Source: an uncultured cyanobacterium (lineage in GTDB: Bacteria > Cyanobacteriota > Cyanobacteriia > CAKZMO01). Taken from it: a stretch of 64,000 nt of DNA. The notes below the pieces were generated by a model, which was given only the letters and a program-made list of their open reading frames with translations, made no database searches and had not been told where the DNA came from. The stretch is from NCBI GenBank assembly GCA_963719515.1, contig CAVRCJ010000005.1, positions 128,001-192,000 of the forward strand, given 5' to 3'. The translations under genes were made by a program, and so were the position numbers. Positions 20,793 to 31,085 of this stretch are shown here, piece by piece; positions within the stretch are counted from its first letter, which is position 1; each line of letters begins with the position of its first letter.

Positions 20793-21173
20793 CGCGCAGA
20801 ATTACTCAGAAAATATCAATAGATGCTTAATTTACCGCCTAAATTAAAGCGGTCAAAGGCAATCTATCCTACTAGCAAAAGGGACGATGCCCTCAGAAAA
20901 TTCTGATTCTGTCGGCGAATTCTAGAGGTGTCCCGCCAGGCAAATCGCCCTTTGCGCAGCTTCTTTTGGCAGCATCGCCAAAATATTTTTATCCGCCAAT
21001 TTTCATTAAGATTCCCTTGCCCAAACCGAGGCATGAACAGACGGCAGACATCCTAGATGCCCCTCAATCTCAAAAGCTGGCCCGCTGCGATCGCCCACAG
21101 CCCTCATTTGAACCAGTTGGTCGCTCGCCAGCCAGCGGCCTGACAAATCGCGGCCCAAATGTAAAACTTCCCC

Positions 21174-21422
21174 TTGCCCCAACCGCAAAGATGTACTATT
21201 CTCATTTGCTATAGCCGTGGTTCCCATGGTTTAGTCTCCCAAGAATTCGGTCCGGGCGGAGCTGCGTGTTGCTAGTAACAACACGCAGCTCCTAAGCCCC
21301 CACGACAGGTATAGGCTGTCGGGAAGGCCTGAGGTACATTTTACCTGCGCCATCCCGAACGCACGACGTCTGGAGATGGCCGGTTTTTGGGGGACTCCAA
21401 CCCAACACAACTGGAGTCCCTC
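21174..21422 (+). promoter_or_regulatory. Promoter plus conserved structured leader, copy 1
   Basis: TTGCCC-N17-TATTCT followed by five hairpins matching copy 2 at 42586-42830. Confidence 0.65.
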
Positions 21423-21791
21423 ATGTTACCTCTAACTCACCTATCGCCCCTCACCGAGGCGGCGGCACAGTTCGCTGCAGCAGGTGGCCCGCTCGATCCC
21501 CTGCTCATTGAAGGGCCAGCTAACACCCCCATCCCCCCAACCCTAATCGAGCCCGCCCCCGCGCCGGGATGCGTTGGTCCTTCAAGACCAGTCGAAGACT
21601 CACATCTGCGCCACCTGATTATCGGCTCCCCCGATGGAGTACAAGACGCCGTCGCCCGTCTGCACCTGCTGCACTACGTGGAGCGACGCTACTGGACGCC
21701 GCTGATTGCCATCCGCGATCGCGGCATCCACCTCACCCCCACCCATGGCCAAGTGCTCAGCTACCTAGTGCAGCAGCGGCCTATTCGCTAG
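21423..21791 (+). CDS. Small hypothetical protein, paralog of 42831-43307
   Basis: ATG after GGAG; C-terminal domain LRHLIIGSPDGVQDAVARLHLLHYVERRYWTPLIAIR. Confidence 0.75.
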   Translation: MLPLTHLSPLTEAAAQFAAAGGPLDPLLIEGPANTPIPPTLIEPAPAPGCVGPSRPVEDSHLRHLIIGSPDGVQDAVARLHLLHYVERRYWTPLIAIRDRGIHLTPTHGQVLSYLVQQRPIR

Positions 21792-22077
21792 CGCGGCCTG
21801 TCGCATTAGACACCGCTTGTCGCTGCCGCTTCAGCAAGGCTCATCTTGCTTGGGCTACTTGCTGCTTGGGCTGCAGCGGTGCAAACAAATCGAGGCCGCT
21901 CAACCTGTAATATCACCGCACTAGCCAGAGGCTCATTCGCAGCTGAAATCGGAGCCAAAGCGCTGATGGATACTCTCACCCTCTGTGCGCCAGCATCTTG
22001 TAATCGCAGGCGATCGCTCCAGCAAAATCGCAAGAAACCCCTTATCGTAATCAGTACGCACGACACCCGATCGCACC

Positions 22078-23508
22078 ATGACCGACCTGATTTTATTCTG
22101 GCACCGCCGAGACCTGCGCCTCTCGGACAATGTGGGCCTCGCCGCCGCCCGTAGTCAAAGCCCCAAGGTCGCTGGCGTCTTTTGCCTCGACCCCAACCTG
22201 CTAGAGGCAGACGACGTCGCCCCCGCTCGCGTCACATACATGATGGAGAGCTTAGAAGAGCTGCGGGACGGCTACGCTCAGGCGGGAGGCCAGCTGCTGA
22301 TTCTGCAAGACGACCCCACAAAGGCAATTCCCGCCCTGGCCCAGGCCCTGAGCGCTACGGCAGTCTTTTGGAACTGGGACGTCGAGCCCTATGCCCAAGC
22401 ACGCGATCGCCAGGTGCGCGAAGCCCTCAAGGAAATTGGCGTACAGGTCCATACCAGCTGGGATCAGCTGCTGCACGCGCCAGGGGAGGTGCGCACCAAC
22501 GCCGGAGACCCCTATACGGTATACACGCCCTTTTGGAAGAACTGGAGGACTCACCCCAAGGCCGCCCCTGAACCGAAGTTTTCAGAGGCTGAAGGGCTTT
22601 CCTCCAGCGAAAAGCAGGCCGCTGAGGCGGCGGGGGCGATCGCGCTGCCCACCGCCAAAGACCTGGGCTTTGAGTGGGACAATCCGCTGCTGCTGGCCCC
22701 CGGCGAAGCCGCAGCCCTAGAGCGACTAGAAGAGTTTTGCGACGGCGATCGCACCATTGCCGAGTACGACGACCAGCGCAACTTTCCGGCGGTGCCCGGC
22801 ACCTCTCATTTGAGCGCAGCCCTCAAATTTGGCACCCTGGGCATCCGCACCGCCTGGGAGCAGGCCGACGAGGCGCTCAGCCGCTCTCGCAGTGACGACA
22901 CCCAGCGCAACATCGAGACCTGGGAGAAGGAGCTGGCCTGGCGAGAGTTCTATCAGCACGCCATGTACTTCTTCCCGCAGCTGGCGGAGGGGCCTTACCG
23001 AGACCCCTTCAAAGATTTTCCCTGGGAGAACAACGAAGAGCACTTTCAGGCCTGGTGCGAAGGTCGCACCGGCTACCCCATCGTCGATGCCGCCATGCGC
23101 CAGCTCAACGAACTGGGCTGGATGCACAACCGCTGCCGAATGATTGTGGCCAGCTTCTTGACCAAAGACCTGATTATCGACTGGCGCTGGGGAGAGAAAT
23201 ATTTTATGCAGCGGCTCTATGACGGTGACCTGTCGGCCAACAACGGCGGCTGGCAGTGGAGCGCCTCTAGCGGCATGGACCCCAAACCGCTGCGCATCTT
23301 CAACCCCGCCAGCCAAGCCCAAAAATATGACCCAGAAGCGGAGTATATCCGGGAATGGCTCCCGGAGCTGCGCAGTGTGGATACAGGGCCGCTGGTGACG
23401 GGGAATATCCCGGAAGATGAGCGCGATCGCTGCGGGTATGGGCCGCCCATTGTGGACCACAAGCAGCAGCAGCGACACTTTAAGGAGATCTACAAGGCTC
23501 AAAAGTAG
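22078..23508 (+). CDS. phrA: Class I CPD DNA photolyase
   Basis: WHRRDLRLSDN, ELAWREFY, TGYPIVDAAMRQL, GWMHNRCRMIVASFL. Confidence 0.93.
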   Translation: MTDLILFWHRRDLRLSDNVGLAAARSQSPKVAGVFCLDPNLLEADDVAPARVTYMMESLEELRDGYAQAGGQLLILQDDPTKAIPALAQALSATAVFWNWDVEPYAQARDRQVREALKEIGVQVHTSWDQLLHAPGEVRTNAGDPYTVYTPFWKNWRTHPKAAPEPKFSEAEGLSSSEKQAAEAAGAIALPTAKDLGFEWDNPLLLAPGEAAALERLEEFCDGDRTIAEYDDQRNFPAVPGTSHLSAALKFGTLGIRTAWEQADEALSRSRSDDTQRNIETWEKELAWREFYQHAMYFFPQLAEGPYRDPFKDFPWENNEEHFQAWCEGRTGYPIVDAAMRQLNELGWMHNRCRMIVASFLTKDLIIDWRWGEKYFMQRLYDGDLSANNGGWQWSASSGMDPKPLRIFNPASQAQKYDPEAEYIREWLPELRSVDTGPLVTGNIPEDERDRCGYGPPIVDHKQQQRHFKEIYKAQK

Positions 23509-23617
23509 TGCCTTACTGACGCCCGCTATAATCACGCTACTTGCCATCACGCCAGCTGCGTTGGTTCAAGTTCAGCAAAATTTTCACACCATGCCCTATC
23601 GATTGAGGAAAAACGCT

Positions 23618-24031
23618 ATGTCAGATTTAACCGGTGCCTGGCTCGGAACCTATTGGCAAAACGGCCAGCCCACTCGCTTTGAAGTGACCTTTATCCAGGC
23701 CGGCAACACCCTCACAGGCCGCATCTTAGACGACAGTAACCTCGGTGAAGCGCAGCTCAGCGGCGACGTCACGGGTCGCCGCGTTAGCTTCACCAAACGC
23801 TATATCACCACCACGAGCCTCCCCATCGAGTACACGGGCACGGTGGCAGAAGACGAGGGCTTTATGTCTGGCGTATGGCAGATTGGCCCTCGCCAGAAGG
23901 GAAATTGGGAGGCCCACCGCACGGGCGAGAGCTTAGTGGCCGAGCTGAATGAGCAGCTAGAGCGCCAGCCTGCCCTCACCGCCCCTGCCACCCCTGCCGC
24001 TCCCGCCGCCGCACCCACGGCAGGCGGCTAG
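23618..24031 (+). CDS. Conserved hypothetical beta-rich protein
   Basis: MSDLTGAWLGTYWQ...VSFTKRY; GAGG upstream. Confidence 0.7.
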   Translation: MSDLTGAWLGTYWQNGQPTRFEVTFIQAGNTLTGRILDDSNLGEAQLSGDVTGRRVSFTKRYITTTSLPIEYTGTVAEDEGFMSGVWQIGPRQKGNWEAHRTGESLVAELNEQLERQPALTAPATPAAPAAAPTAGG

Positions 24032-26349
24032 ACCTCAATCACCACTCGCAGGTTGCCCCGCTTGCGCACAACGCGGCAGGCGGTAGTTTCATTAGGGCGC
24101 TCAAATTCCAGATCGAGCACCGTTTGGCCCACCTTGAGGTTCTGTAAGGATAGGTAGTGAACCGAGGGGGGCAAGGTGGGATTGACGATCCGCAGACAGT
24201 TATTAGGTGCGTCGGGGATTAGGTTTGCCATAATCTGCAGGATCTGAAAGATGGTTCCCGTCGCCCAGGCTTGCGGAGAGCAGGCCACCGGGTAGCGCAC
24301 CGGGCTGCTCTGGGGCGTCCGGTCAAATCCGCAAAACAGCTCTGGGGGACGTTGGTAAGGCTGTTGAATAGTCATGTCTATCAGCCCCTGGGCCACCTCA
24401 AACGCCTGCTCCGTAAATCCGAGCGATCGCAGACCCACAATAGTCATGCCGTTGTCGTGGGGCCACACGGACCCTACGTGATACCCCATGGGGTTATAGG
24501 CGGGGGAAACGCTGCTGAGGGTGCGAATGCCCCAGCCGCTAAACATATCGGGAGCCCGGAGGCGCTCAGCCACGCTGCGGGCTTTGTCTGGTGACAGGAT
24601 ACCCGAGTCTAGACAGTGGCCTGGATTTGAGGCGATGCTGTCCACCTGATTGCCAGCGCCATCGAGGGCCAGCGCCAAATACCCCTGCTCCGGCATCCAA
24701 AAGTCTTGCTCAAACTGTGCCTTTAGCTCCTCCGCCTGCTGCTGCCAGCGCTGAGCTAGGTCGAGGCGTCCTTTAACGCGGGCCAGCTGACTCAGCCGCA
24801 GTCTAGCGGCGTAGACGTACCCCTGCACCTCCGACAGGGCGATCGCCCCTTGGGCCAGCTCCCCCTTAGCGTTGACGATGCCGTCCTCTGAGTCCTTCCA
24901 GCCCTGGTTACGCAGCCCGCCAGAGGATTCGCGCTCGTAGGTTACGTAGCCCGTTTTGCTAGAGCGCTGATCAACCCAGGCCATGGCGGCTAGGGCAGGC
25001 TCCCACAGCTGGTCCAATAGGCCGCGATTTCCCGTCCAGGCATAGTAGTCGGCGTAGAGAATCAGCCAGAGGGGCGTAGCGTCGATGGTGCCATAGTAGG
25101 GCGTGTGGGGAATCTCATCGTTGCGGGCCATCTCTCCCAACCGCAGCTCGTGCAAAATTTTACCCGGCTCTTCCTCCCGCCAGGTGTTCGTCTCTTTGCC
25201 CTGATACTCCGCCAGCACGGTGAGGGTTTGGCGGGCAATCTCTGGGTTGAGGACCAGGGTTTGCTGCGCCGCAATGATGGAGTCTCGGCCAAACAGCGTA
25301 GAAAACCAGGGAATCCCGGCGGAGAGGATTTTGCCGGTGCCGAAGGTCTGCCCCAGGGCGTAAACGTCCTGCTCGCCCCGCTCAATGGTGGCGTTGAGGG
25401 AGCGATTGTCGGTGCGAATTTGCGTCGTGCGATCGCGCCAGATCTTCTCCTCCATGGTTTCTGCGGCGATGGCTTGCCCCAAGGTAGCGGGGATGCTGAC
25501 GGAAGAGGCGGAGTGACCGTCTAAAAACGGCTGTAAGCGATAGCCCAAAACTTCGGTGGCGTGGGGCTGCAGCGTAATCTGCCAGACGGCGGTATACCCC
25601 TGGGCAAAATCAGGCCGTCGCTTGTAGAACTGAATCTGAGATTCCATCAGCAGCTGGTCGACGCCCTGATAGGCCAGCACCAGCGCTTTCGTTTCTCCCC
25701 CCGCAGAGCCATCGTCGAAGACGAGGTTGTCCGGCGTTCCCTCGTCAGGGCGAATCGGACGCATCAGCGTCCCCGTCTGCGGGCGCACGCGGCCTCGAAT
25801 CTCAAACAGGTCCGCAAAATCGGCGTCTAGACTCAGGCTAATTTCGAATGCTGCAGGCTGGGTGCTGTAGTTGGTAAGGGTGAGCTCCTCAAACAGCCCG
25901 CCCTGCAGCACTAGATCCCGCTGGATACCGATGGTCTCTGAGGGAATATTCTCGGTTTGAGGATTAGCGCACAGCACAGACAGGGTAAAGCCTCGGTGAG
26001 CAGTACTGCTCAATAGAATGGGGGGCTGCTTTTCAAACTGCAGCTCTAAGCGGCTGAGGAAACGAGCGTCTTGGCAAAACAGTCCCAAACTATCATCGAC
26101 CTCGTCGTCCAGACAACCCGAGATATTGCCCAGGGTATCTGTAATCAAAAACAAATCGTTATCTTTTAGGGTTAACGTCGGCTGCTGACGCTTAACCGTC
26201 GTGCAGCCCCAGTCTGGAAGGGGAACCTGCTGCGCTGGGGCAAAGATCCGTCCCTCTGACTTAAGGAAGGAAGACGCTGACCTTCTGTCTGGCTCAGTCT
26301 TGGATGAAGATTCCATTGGCGTATTCGGGGGTGAAGGAGTACTGGTCAT
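24028..26349 (-). CDS. Amylo-alpha-1,6-glucosidase / glycogen debranching family protein
   Basis: AGIPWFSTLFGRD, EEPGKILHELR, NQGWKDS, YHVGSVWPHDN. Confidence 0.92.
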   Translation of the reverse strand: MTSTPSPPNTPMESSSKTEPDRRSASSFLKSEGRIFAPAQQVPLPDWGCTTVKRQQPTLTLKDNDLFLITDTLGNISGCLDDEVDDSLGLFCQDARFLSRLELQFEKQPPILLSSTAHRGFTLSVLCANPQTENIPSETIGIQRDLVLQGGLFEELTLTNYSTQPAAFEISLSLDADFADLFEIRGRVRPQTGTLMRPIRPDEGTPDNLVFDDGSAGGETKALVLAYQGVDQLLMESQIQFYKRRPDFAQGYTAVWQITLQPHATEVLGYRLQPFLDGHSASSVSIPATLGQAIAAETMEEKIWRDRTTQIRTDNRSLNATIERGEQDVYALGQTFGTGKILSAGIPWFSTLFGRDSIIAAQQTLVLNPEIARQTLTVLAEYQGKETNTWREEEPGKILHELRLGEMARNDEIPHTPYYGTIDATPLWLILYADYYAWTGNRGLLDQLWEPALAAMAWVDQRSSKTGYVTYERESSGGLRNQGWKDSEDGIVNAKGELAQGAIALSEVQGYVYAARLRLSQLARVKGRLDLAQRWQQQAEELKAQFEQDFWMPEQGYLALALDGAGNQVDSIASNPGHCLDSGILSPDKARSVAERLRAPDMFSGWGIRTLSSVSPAYNPMGYHVGSVWPHDNGMTIVGLRSLGFTEQAFEVAQGLIDMTIQQPYQRPPELFCGFDRTPQSSPVRYPVACSPQAWATGTIFQILQIMANLIPDAPNNCLRIVNPTLPPSVHYLSLQNLKVGQTVLDLEFERPNETTACRVVRKRGNLRVVIEV

Positions 26350-26462
26350 TGCAACAGCGGCTAGACCTAAACTGCTAGGAGTGGTTGGGAACTAAGATAG
26401 TTAACCGCTTCAGCTGCAGGCTGACTACCTATCTAGGGCTATAGGGCAGAGGGTTTCTTGAA

Positions 26463-26610
26463 GAGGATGTTTGAAAAGTATCGGTTGGAGCGGTGTGCTC
26501 CTGCTTCAACCCCCCTCAATTCCCCCTTAACTTTGGCGTTAGCCTGCCCGCAGGACGTAGGGGAGTTAGAAGGGGTAACGCAGCACTTTTGTGACTTTTC
26601 AAACGCCCTC
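26463..26610. mobile_element. MITE with GAGG..GTTTGAAAAGT TIRs, copy 1
   Basis: GAGGATGTTTGAAAAGT ... ACTTTTCAAACGCCCTC; interior homologous to 43381-43552. Confidence 0.8.
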
Positions 26611-27207
26611 TAAGAAAATCTCTGCTGCTCGCAGCGGCTTATACCTGCTGCTTGAGCATATTTTTTAGCCTACAACAAGCCTATAAGATTTGTTGCTAAT
26701 AGCTGAAAAACTAAAGAGTTGAACAAAAGAGCCTAGCTTATTTACAGAGGTGTTTTAAATCTAAAGGGGTTACATTTTTCTTTGAGGTTTAATTCAGTCT
26801 GCGAGTTCCCTCTTGAGGAAGATTCTAATTTTGGTCAGCCAATATAATCTGACTAAGCTACTCTGCTAGCATTATCCACTTCAGCTAGCTTTTCCAATGG
26901 ATTCGCCTCAATTTGTAGGCCAGCTCGCTAGTAGGTCCGCTCACCAGAAGGAGCTAGGCCGTAGATTCATTCGGTTTGAAAAGCATCATCAGGGACGTCG
27001 AACGGATTGGCTTTGACCTCTCACAAAGTTTGGCTAGAGCAGTCTCACTTTTTTGCACAAGCGATATGCCGAAATCGGCTAAGGAAACGGAGCTTCCCAG
27101 CCTAAGTGAAATTCAGGCCCTCTGAACTTTTATGACAAAGCTCTCGGAAAGTACAGATTTAAAACTTAGCATTTTTTGGTTCTTTAGAGTTTCTAAACGG
27201 AGTTTTT

Positions 27208-28284
27208 ATGCGGATTGCTCAAATTGCTCCTCTATGGGAAAGAGTTCCCCCACCCGCCTACGGTGGGATTGAGTTGATTGTCAGTCTATTGACCGACGAA
27301 TTAGTTGCCCGCGGACATGAGGTCATCCTTTGTGCGTCCGGAGACTCCATTACTGCGGCAGAGCTACACGCCGTCCACCCGACCGCGCTGCGCCTCGATC
27401 CAGACGTCAAAGAGCCGGGCATTTACGAGTCGATGCATCTCAATCGCCTCTACAAAGCCGCCCAAAATTTCGACATCATTCACTCCCACGTGGGCTGCGC
27501 CGCCCTGTCATTTGCCAACCTAGTCCAGACGCCGACGGTCCACACGCTCCACGGCGTTTTCACCCCCGACAACGAGAAGCTGTTTCGCTACGCCAGCGAG
27601 CAGCCCTATGTCAGCATTACGGACGCCCAGCGGCGGCCCAACGGGTTGAATTATAAGGCCACCGTCTACAACGGCATCGACATCAACGCTTTCACCTTTT
27701 ACCCCAAGCCTGCCGAGCCGCCTTATTTGGCGTTTCTGGCGCGGCTTTCCCCTGAAAAGGGTGTTCATCTGGCCATTGAAATTGCCAAGCGATCGGGGCT
27801 GCCCCTCAAAATGGCAGGTAAGGTGGATACGGTCGATCAGCAGTACTTTGAACAGGAAATTAAGCCGCAGATTGACGGGGAGCAAATTCAGTACCTAGGT
27901 GAGGTGAGCCACCGCGAGAAAAACGAGCTGATAGGCAATGCGATCGCCACGCTCTGTCCCATCACCTGGCCCGAGCCGTTTGGCCTAGTGATGACCGAAT
28001 CTATGGCCTCGGGAACGCCGGTAATCGGCATCGGCCTAGGATCTGTGCCGGAAGTCATTGCCCACGGCAAGAGCGGCTTTGTCTGTCAAACCGTTGAGGA
28101 TTGTGTGGCGGCGGTCCCTCGCGTGCCCGAGCTGAGCCGCCTAGCCTGCCGTGACCATGTGGCCACCCGCTTCAGCGTCAAGCAGATGGTAGACGGCTAT
28201 GAAGCGGTCTACCGACAGCTTTTGGCGGACAGGCTGACTGCGGTTAACGGCCATGTACCGCCCGCTCAGGCCTCCCTCGCGTAG
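27208..28284 (+). CDS. Glycosyltransferase family 4
   Basis: MRIAQIAPLWERVPPPAYGGIE, EPFGLVMTESMASGTPV. Confidence 0.93.
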   Translation: MRIAQIAPLWERVPPPAYGGIELIVSLLTDELVARGHEVILCASGDSITAAELHAVHPTALRLDPDVKEPGIYESMHLNRLYKAAQNFDIIHSHVGCAALSFANLVQTPTVHTLHGVFTPDNEKLFRYASEQPYVSITDAQRRPNGLNYKATVYNGIDINAFTFYPKPAEPPYLAFLARLSPEKGVHLAIEIAKRSGLPLKMAGKVDTVDQQYFEQEIKPQIDGEQIQYLGEVSHREKNELIGNAIATLCPITWPEPFGLVMTESMASGTPVIGIGLGSVPEVIAHGKSGFVCQTVEDCVAAVPRVPELSRLACRDHVATRFSVKQMVDGYEAVYRQLLADRLTAVNGHVPPAQASLA

Positions 28285-28296
28285 GGCACCGGCTCC

Positions 28297-30183
28297 TCAG
28301 GCTTGGCCTTTCTGCATTGCCTCCCGCAACGCCGAGGTATCCCAAGCCTGGTCGGCATCCTGAGGCAGGTCGTCACCGTCCGACTGCAGAATCTGCCCCA
28401 GATCCTGAGTCAGCTGCTGCGATCGCGCCACGATGGTCCGTTCATCGCCCTGCATGTAGGCCATCTCCTGCATCGCCTCCTCATCGTGGTGCCTGAAGGT
28501 TTGAGCGGCGCGGTGGGCGCGGTAGGCGCGAAAGCCCAGCAGCTTCAGGGCGTCTGTTCCTAGGTCCAGCGCCGACTCAAAGGTTTCCCGCTCCACCACG
28601 CTCACCCCACGGCGAATCAGAGCGTAGGCGTGGCGGCGATCGGTAGCCCGCGCCAAAATCTTCAGGTGGGGAAAGTGCTTTTGCACCATGTCCACCGTCT
28701 GTAGAATGCGTTCAGGGTCGTCAATGGCCACCACAAACAGCCGGGCATGCTCGGCTCCCGCCGCGTGCAGCAGGTCCAGCCGCGACGAATCGCCGTAGAA
28801 TACCTTGTGGCCAAATTTGCGCAGCATCTCGATGTGGGAGGCGTCGTGGTCAAGCACGGTAGCCTCAAAGCCGTTGGCAATTAGCAGCCGCCCCACAACT
28901 TGGCCAAAGCGCCCGAACCCGGCGATGATCACCGGGGTTTCCCCGTCATCAATGTCGTCGGCCTCTCTGTCTACCCTGGGCGCGGCGAAGCGGGGCTGAA
29001 TCAGGCGATCGTTGGCAATCAGTACTAGGGGCGTCAGGGCCATAGATAGGGCCACCACCACGACCAGGGGACCCGTCACCTCAGTGGGCAGCACCCGGCT
29101 CTGCTCGGCAAAAGAGAACAGCACAAAGCCGAACTCTCCCCCCTGAGCTAGGGCTAGGGCAAACAGCGCATTGGCGCTCGGGGTGAGGCGAAACCCCCGG
29201 CCCAGCCCAAACAAAATCATCCCTTTGACCACCATCAGCCCGATGACTAATCCCAAAATTAGCAGCGGCTGGCGAAATAAGATATTGAAGTTGATGCTCG
29301 CCCCGACGGAGATAAAGAATAGCCCCAGCAGCAGCCCCTTAAAGGGCTCAATGTTGGTCTCTAGCTCGTGGCGATATTCGTTCTCCGCCAGCACCACCCC
29401 CGCCACAAAGGTGCCCAAGGCCGGAGACAGGCCCACCAGCTGCATCAGCAGGGTAATGCCGATCACCAGCAGCAGCGCTGTCGCCGTAAAGATTTCCCGC
29501 AGCCGCGTATCGGCAATGAAGCGAAATACCGGGCGCATCAGGAATCGTCCCGCCACGATGATGCCCACCACCACGCCCATGACCACCAGGGTTTGCTGCC
29601 ACCCCGAGAGGGAGGAGCCCTCCTGGGCCGCCACCAGCACCACTTTGGCCTGCACCTCAGGGCTCTCCAGCAGCGGCAGCAGCGCCAGCATGGGGATGAC
29701 GGCGATGTCCTGAAACAGCAGCACCGAAAAAGCGGACTGTCCCGCCTCGGTTTTCAGCAGCCCTTTTTCCTCTAAGGTTTGCAGCACAATGGCCGTCGAG
29801 GAGAGGGCGAAGATCATCCCTACCGCTAGGGCCATAGGCCAAGGGAGGCCAAACAGCAGACTCGCCCCGGCGATCGCCCCGGTGGTCAGCGCCACCTGCA
29901 GCCCCCCCAAGCCCAAAATCGGCCCCCGCATTCGCCACAGCAGGGAGGGCTGTAGCTCTAGGCCAATGATGAACAGCATCAGCACCACGCCAAACTCGGC
30001 GAAGTGCATCACGTCCTCCTGCTGCCCGCCCCCCACCAAACCCAGCACAAACGGCCCGATAATCACCCCGGCAATCAGGTAGCCCAGCACCGACCCTAGG
30101 CCCAGCCGCTTGGCCACCGGCACCGACAGCACGGCAGCCAGCAAATAGATAAACGCCTGAAAGAAAAAGCTGTCGCTATGCAC
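28297..30183 (-). CDS. kefC: CPA2 family K+/H+ antiporter (KefB/KefC type) with TrkA-N domain
   Basis: LLFQDIAVIP, LAQGGEFGFV, IAGFGRFGQ. Confidence 0.88.
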   Translation of the reverse strand: MHSDSFFFQAFIYLLAAVLSVPVAKRLGLGSVLGYLIAGVIIGPFVLGLVGGGQQEDVMHFAEFGVVLMLFIIGLELQPSLLWRMRGPILGLGGLQVALTTGAIAGASLLFGLPWPMALAVGMIFALSSTAIVLQTLEEKGLLKTEAGQSAFSVLLFQDIAVIPMLALLPLLESPEVQAKVVLVAAQEGSSLSGWQQTLVVMGVVVGIIVAGRFLMRPVFRFIADTRLREIFTATALLLVIGITLLMQLVGLSPALGTFVAGVVLAENEYRHELETNIEPFKGLLLGLFFISVGASINFNILFRQPLLILGLVIGLMVVKGMILFGLGRGFRLTPSANALFALALAQGGEFGFVLFSFAEQSRVLPTEVTGPLVVVVALSMALTPLVLIANDRLIQPRFAAPRVDREADDIDDGETPVIIAGFGRFGQVVGRLLIANGFEATVLDHDASHIEMLRKFGHKVFYGDSSRLDLLHAAGAEHARLFVVAIDDPERILQTVDMVQKHFPHLKILARATDRRHAYALIRRGVSVVERETFESALDLGTDALKLLGFRAYRAHRAAQTFRHHDEEAMQEMAYMQGDERTIVARSQQLTQDLGQILQSDGDDLPQDADQAWDTSALREAMQKGQA

Positions 30184-30820
30184 GGGCCACCTCCGAAGTC
30201 GTCTCGTCTCGCTTGAGGCTGTTTTGGCAGACGTCCTGGTCGATGGCGTAGTTGCTGTTCAGCTCGTCCCAGTCGATGGTGCGATCGCGGATGGCGGTGA
30301 TCAAGCTGCGGTAGCGATCGGCGTGAGGGGCAATTTGGCTCGTCTCCCGCAGCTGGTGGGTGCCGTAGACGACAAACGGCGGCAGGTACTCCATGCCGCA
30401 CAGCCGCGCCGTCTGCTCGAAGGGGGTCAGCAGCTCGCGGATGCTGTAGAAGTTATAGCCCTGACGGCAGTAGGCCGCTTTGGTGCCGCCTGTGGTGATG
30501 GCAGAAAAGCACTTCTTACCCTGCAGCGCGGTGCCCTCTTGGCCAAAGGCAAAGCCGTATTCCAAAACAAGGTCCTGCCACTCTTTGAGGATGGCGGGGC
30601 TGCTGTACCAGTAAAGGGGATGCTGGAACACGATGATATCGTGATTGACCAACAGCTGCTGCTCCCGCGCCACGTCAATATCGAACTGGGGGTAGGCTTC
30701 GTAGAGGTCGTGGATGGTGACGTGATCGAGCCCGTCAACCGCGTCGATGAGCTGACGGTTGACGCGGGATTTTTCTAGAACGGGATGGGCAAACAGAATC
30801 AGAATGCGGAGAGGAGTCAT
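30176..30820 (-). CDS. KefF/KefG-type NAD(P)H oxidoreductase (flavodoxin-2)
   Basis: FAHP, FQHPLYWYSSPAILKEWQD; overlaps the kefC start. Confidence 0.88.
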   Translation of the reverse strand: MTPLRILILFAHPVLEKSRVNRQLIDAVDGLDHVTIHDLYEAYPQFDIDVAREQQLLVNHDIIVFQHPLYWYSSPAILKEWQDLVLEYGFAFGQEGTALQGKKCFSAITTGGTKAAYCRQGYNFYSIRELLTPFEQTARLCGMEYLPPFVVYGTHQLRETSQIAPHADRYRSLITAIRDRTIDWDELNSNYAIDQDVCQNSLKRDETTSEVARA

Positions 30821-31085
30821 GGGAAAGCTGCTTCGCGACTGCCTTGACGATTCGATAGGACCTGAGAATTTACTCAGTCACAGTATTATCCAACAGCCTA
30901 GCGCGCTGTTTGCTGGATGACGTATAGCAAATGTCCTGATGCTTAGGACATTTGCGCGCCGCATTGCCTATGCTATGCACAGGTTTGAGCCCACGACGTG
31001 GTCTAAGCAAGGTGGCCAAAGCTATATTTGCCCCGCCTCTACGAGCGGCATGTCGCCTCAGCCCCTAGGCCCTGCAGACTCCGGG

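Noticed and set aside
21349..21358. GCCATCCCGA in both leaders matches the tRNA-Pro 3' end, suggesting an att site or tRNA mimic
   Set aside because: Only 10 nt, already explained as a hairpin arm; no cloverleaf and no integrase nearby.
22726..23550. Long antisense ORF over photolyase, and similar shadow ORFs over kefC, glnN, hemA and the metallophosphoesterase
   Set aside because: Expected from GC-rich codon bias opposite real genes; no recognisable domains.
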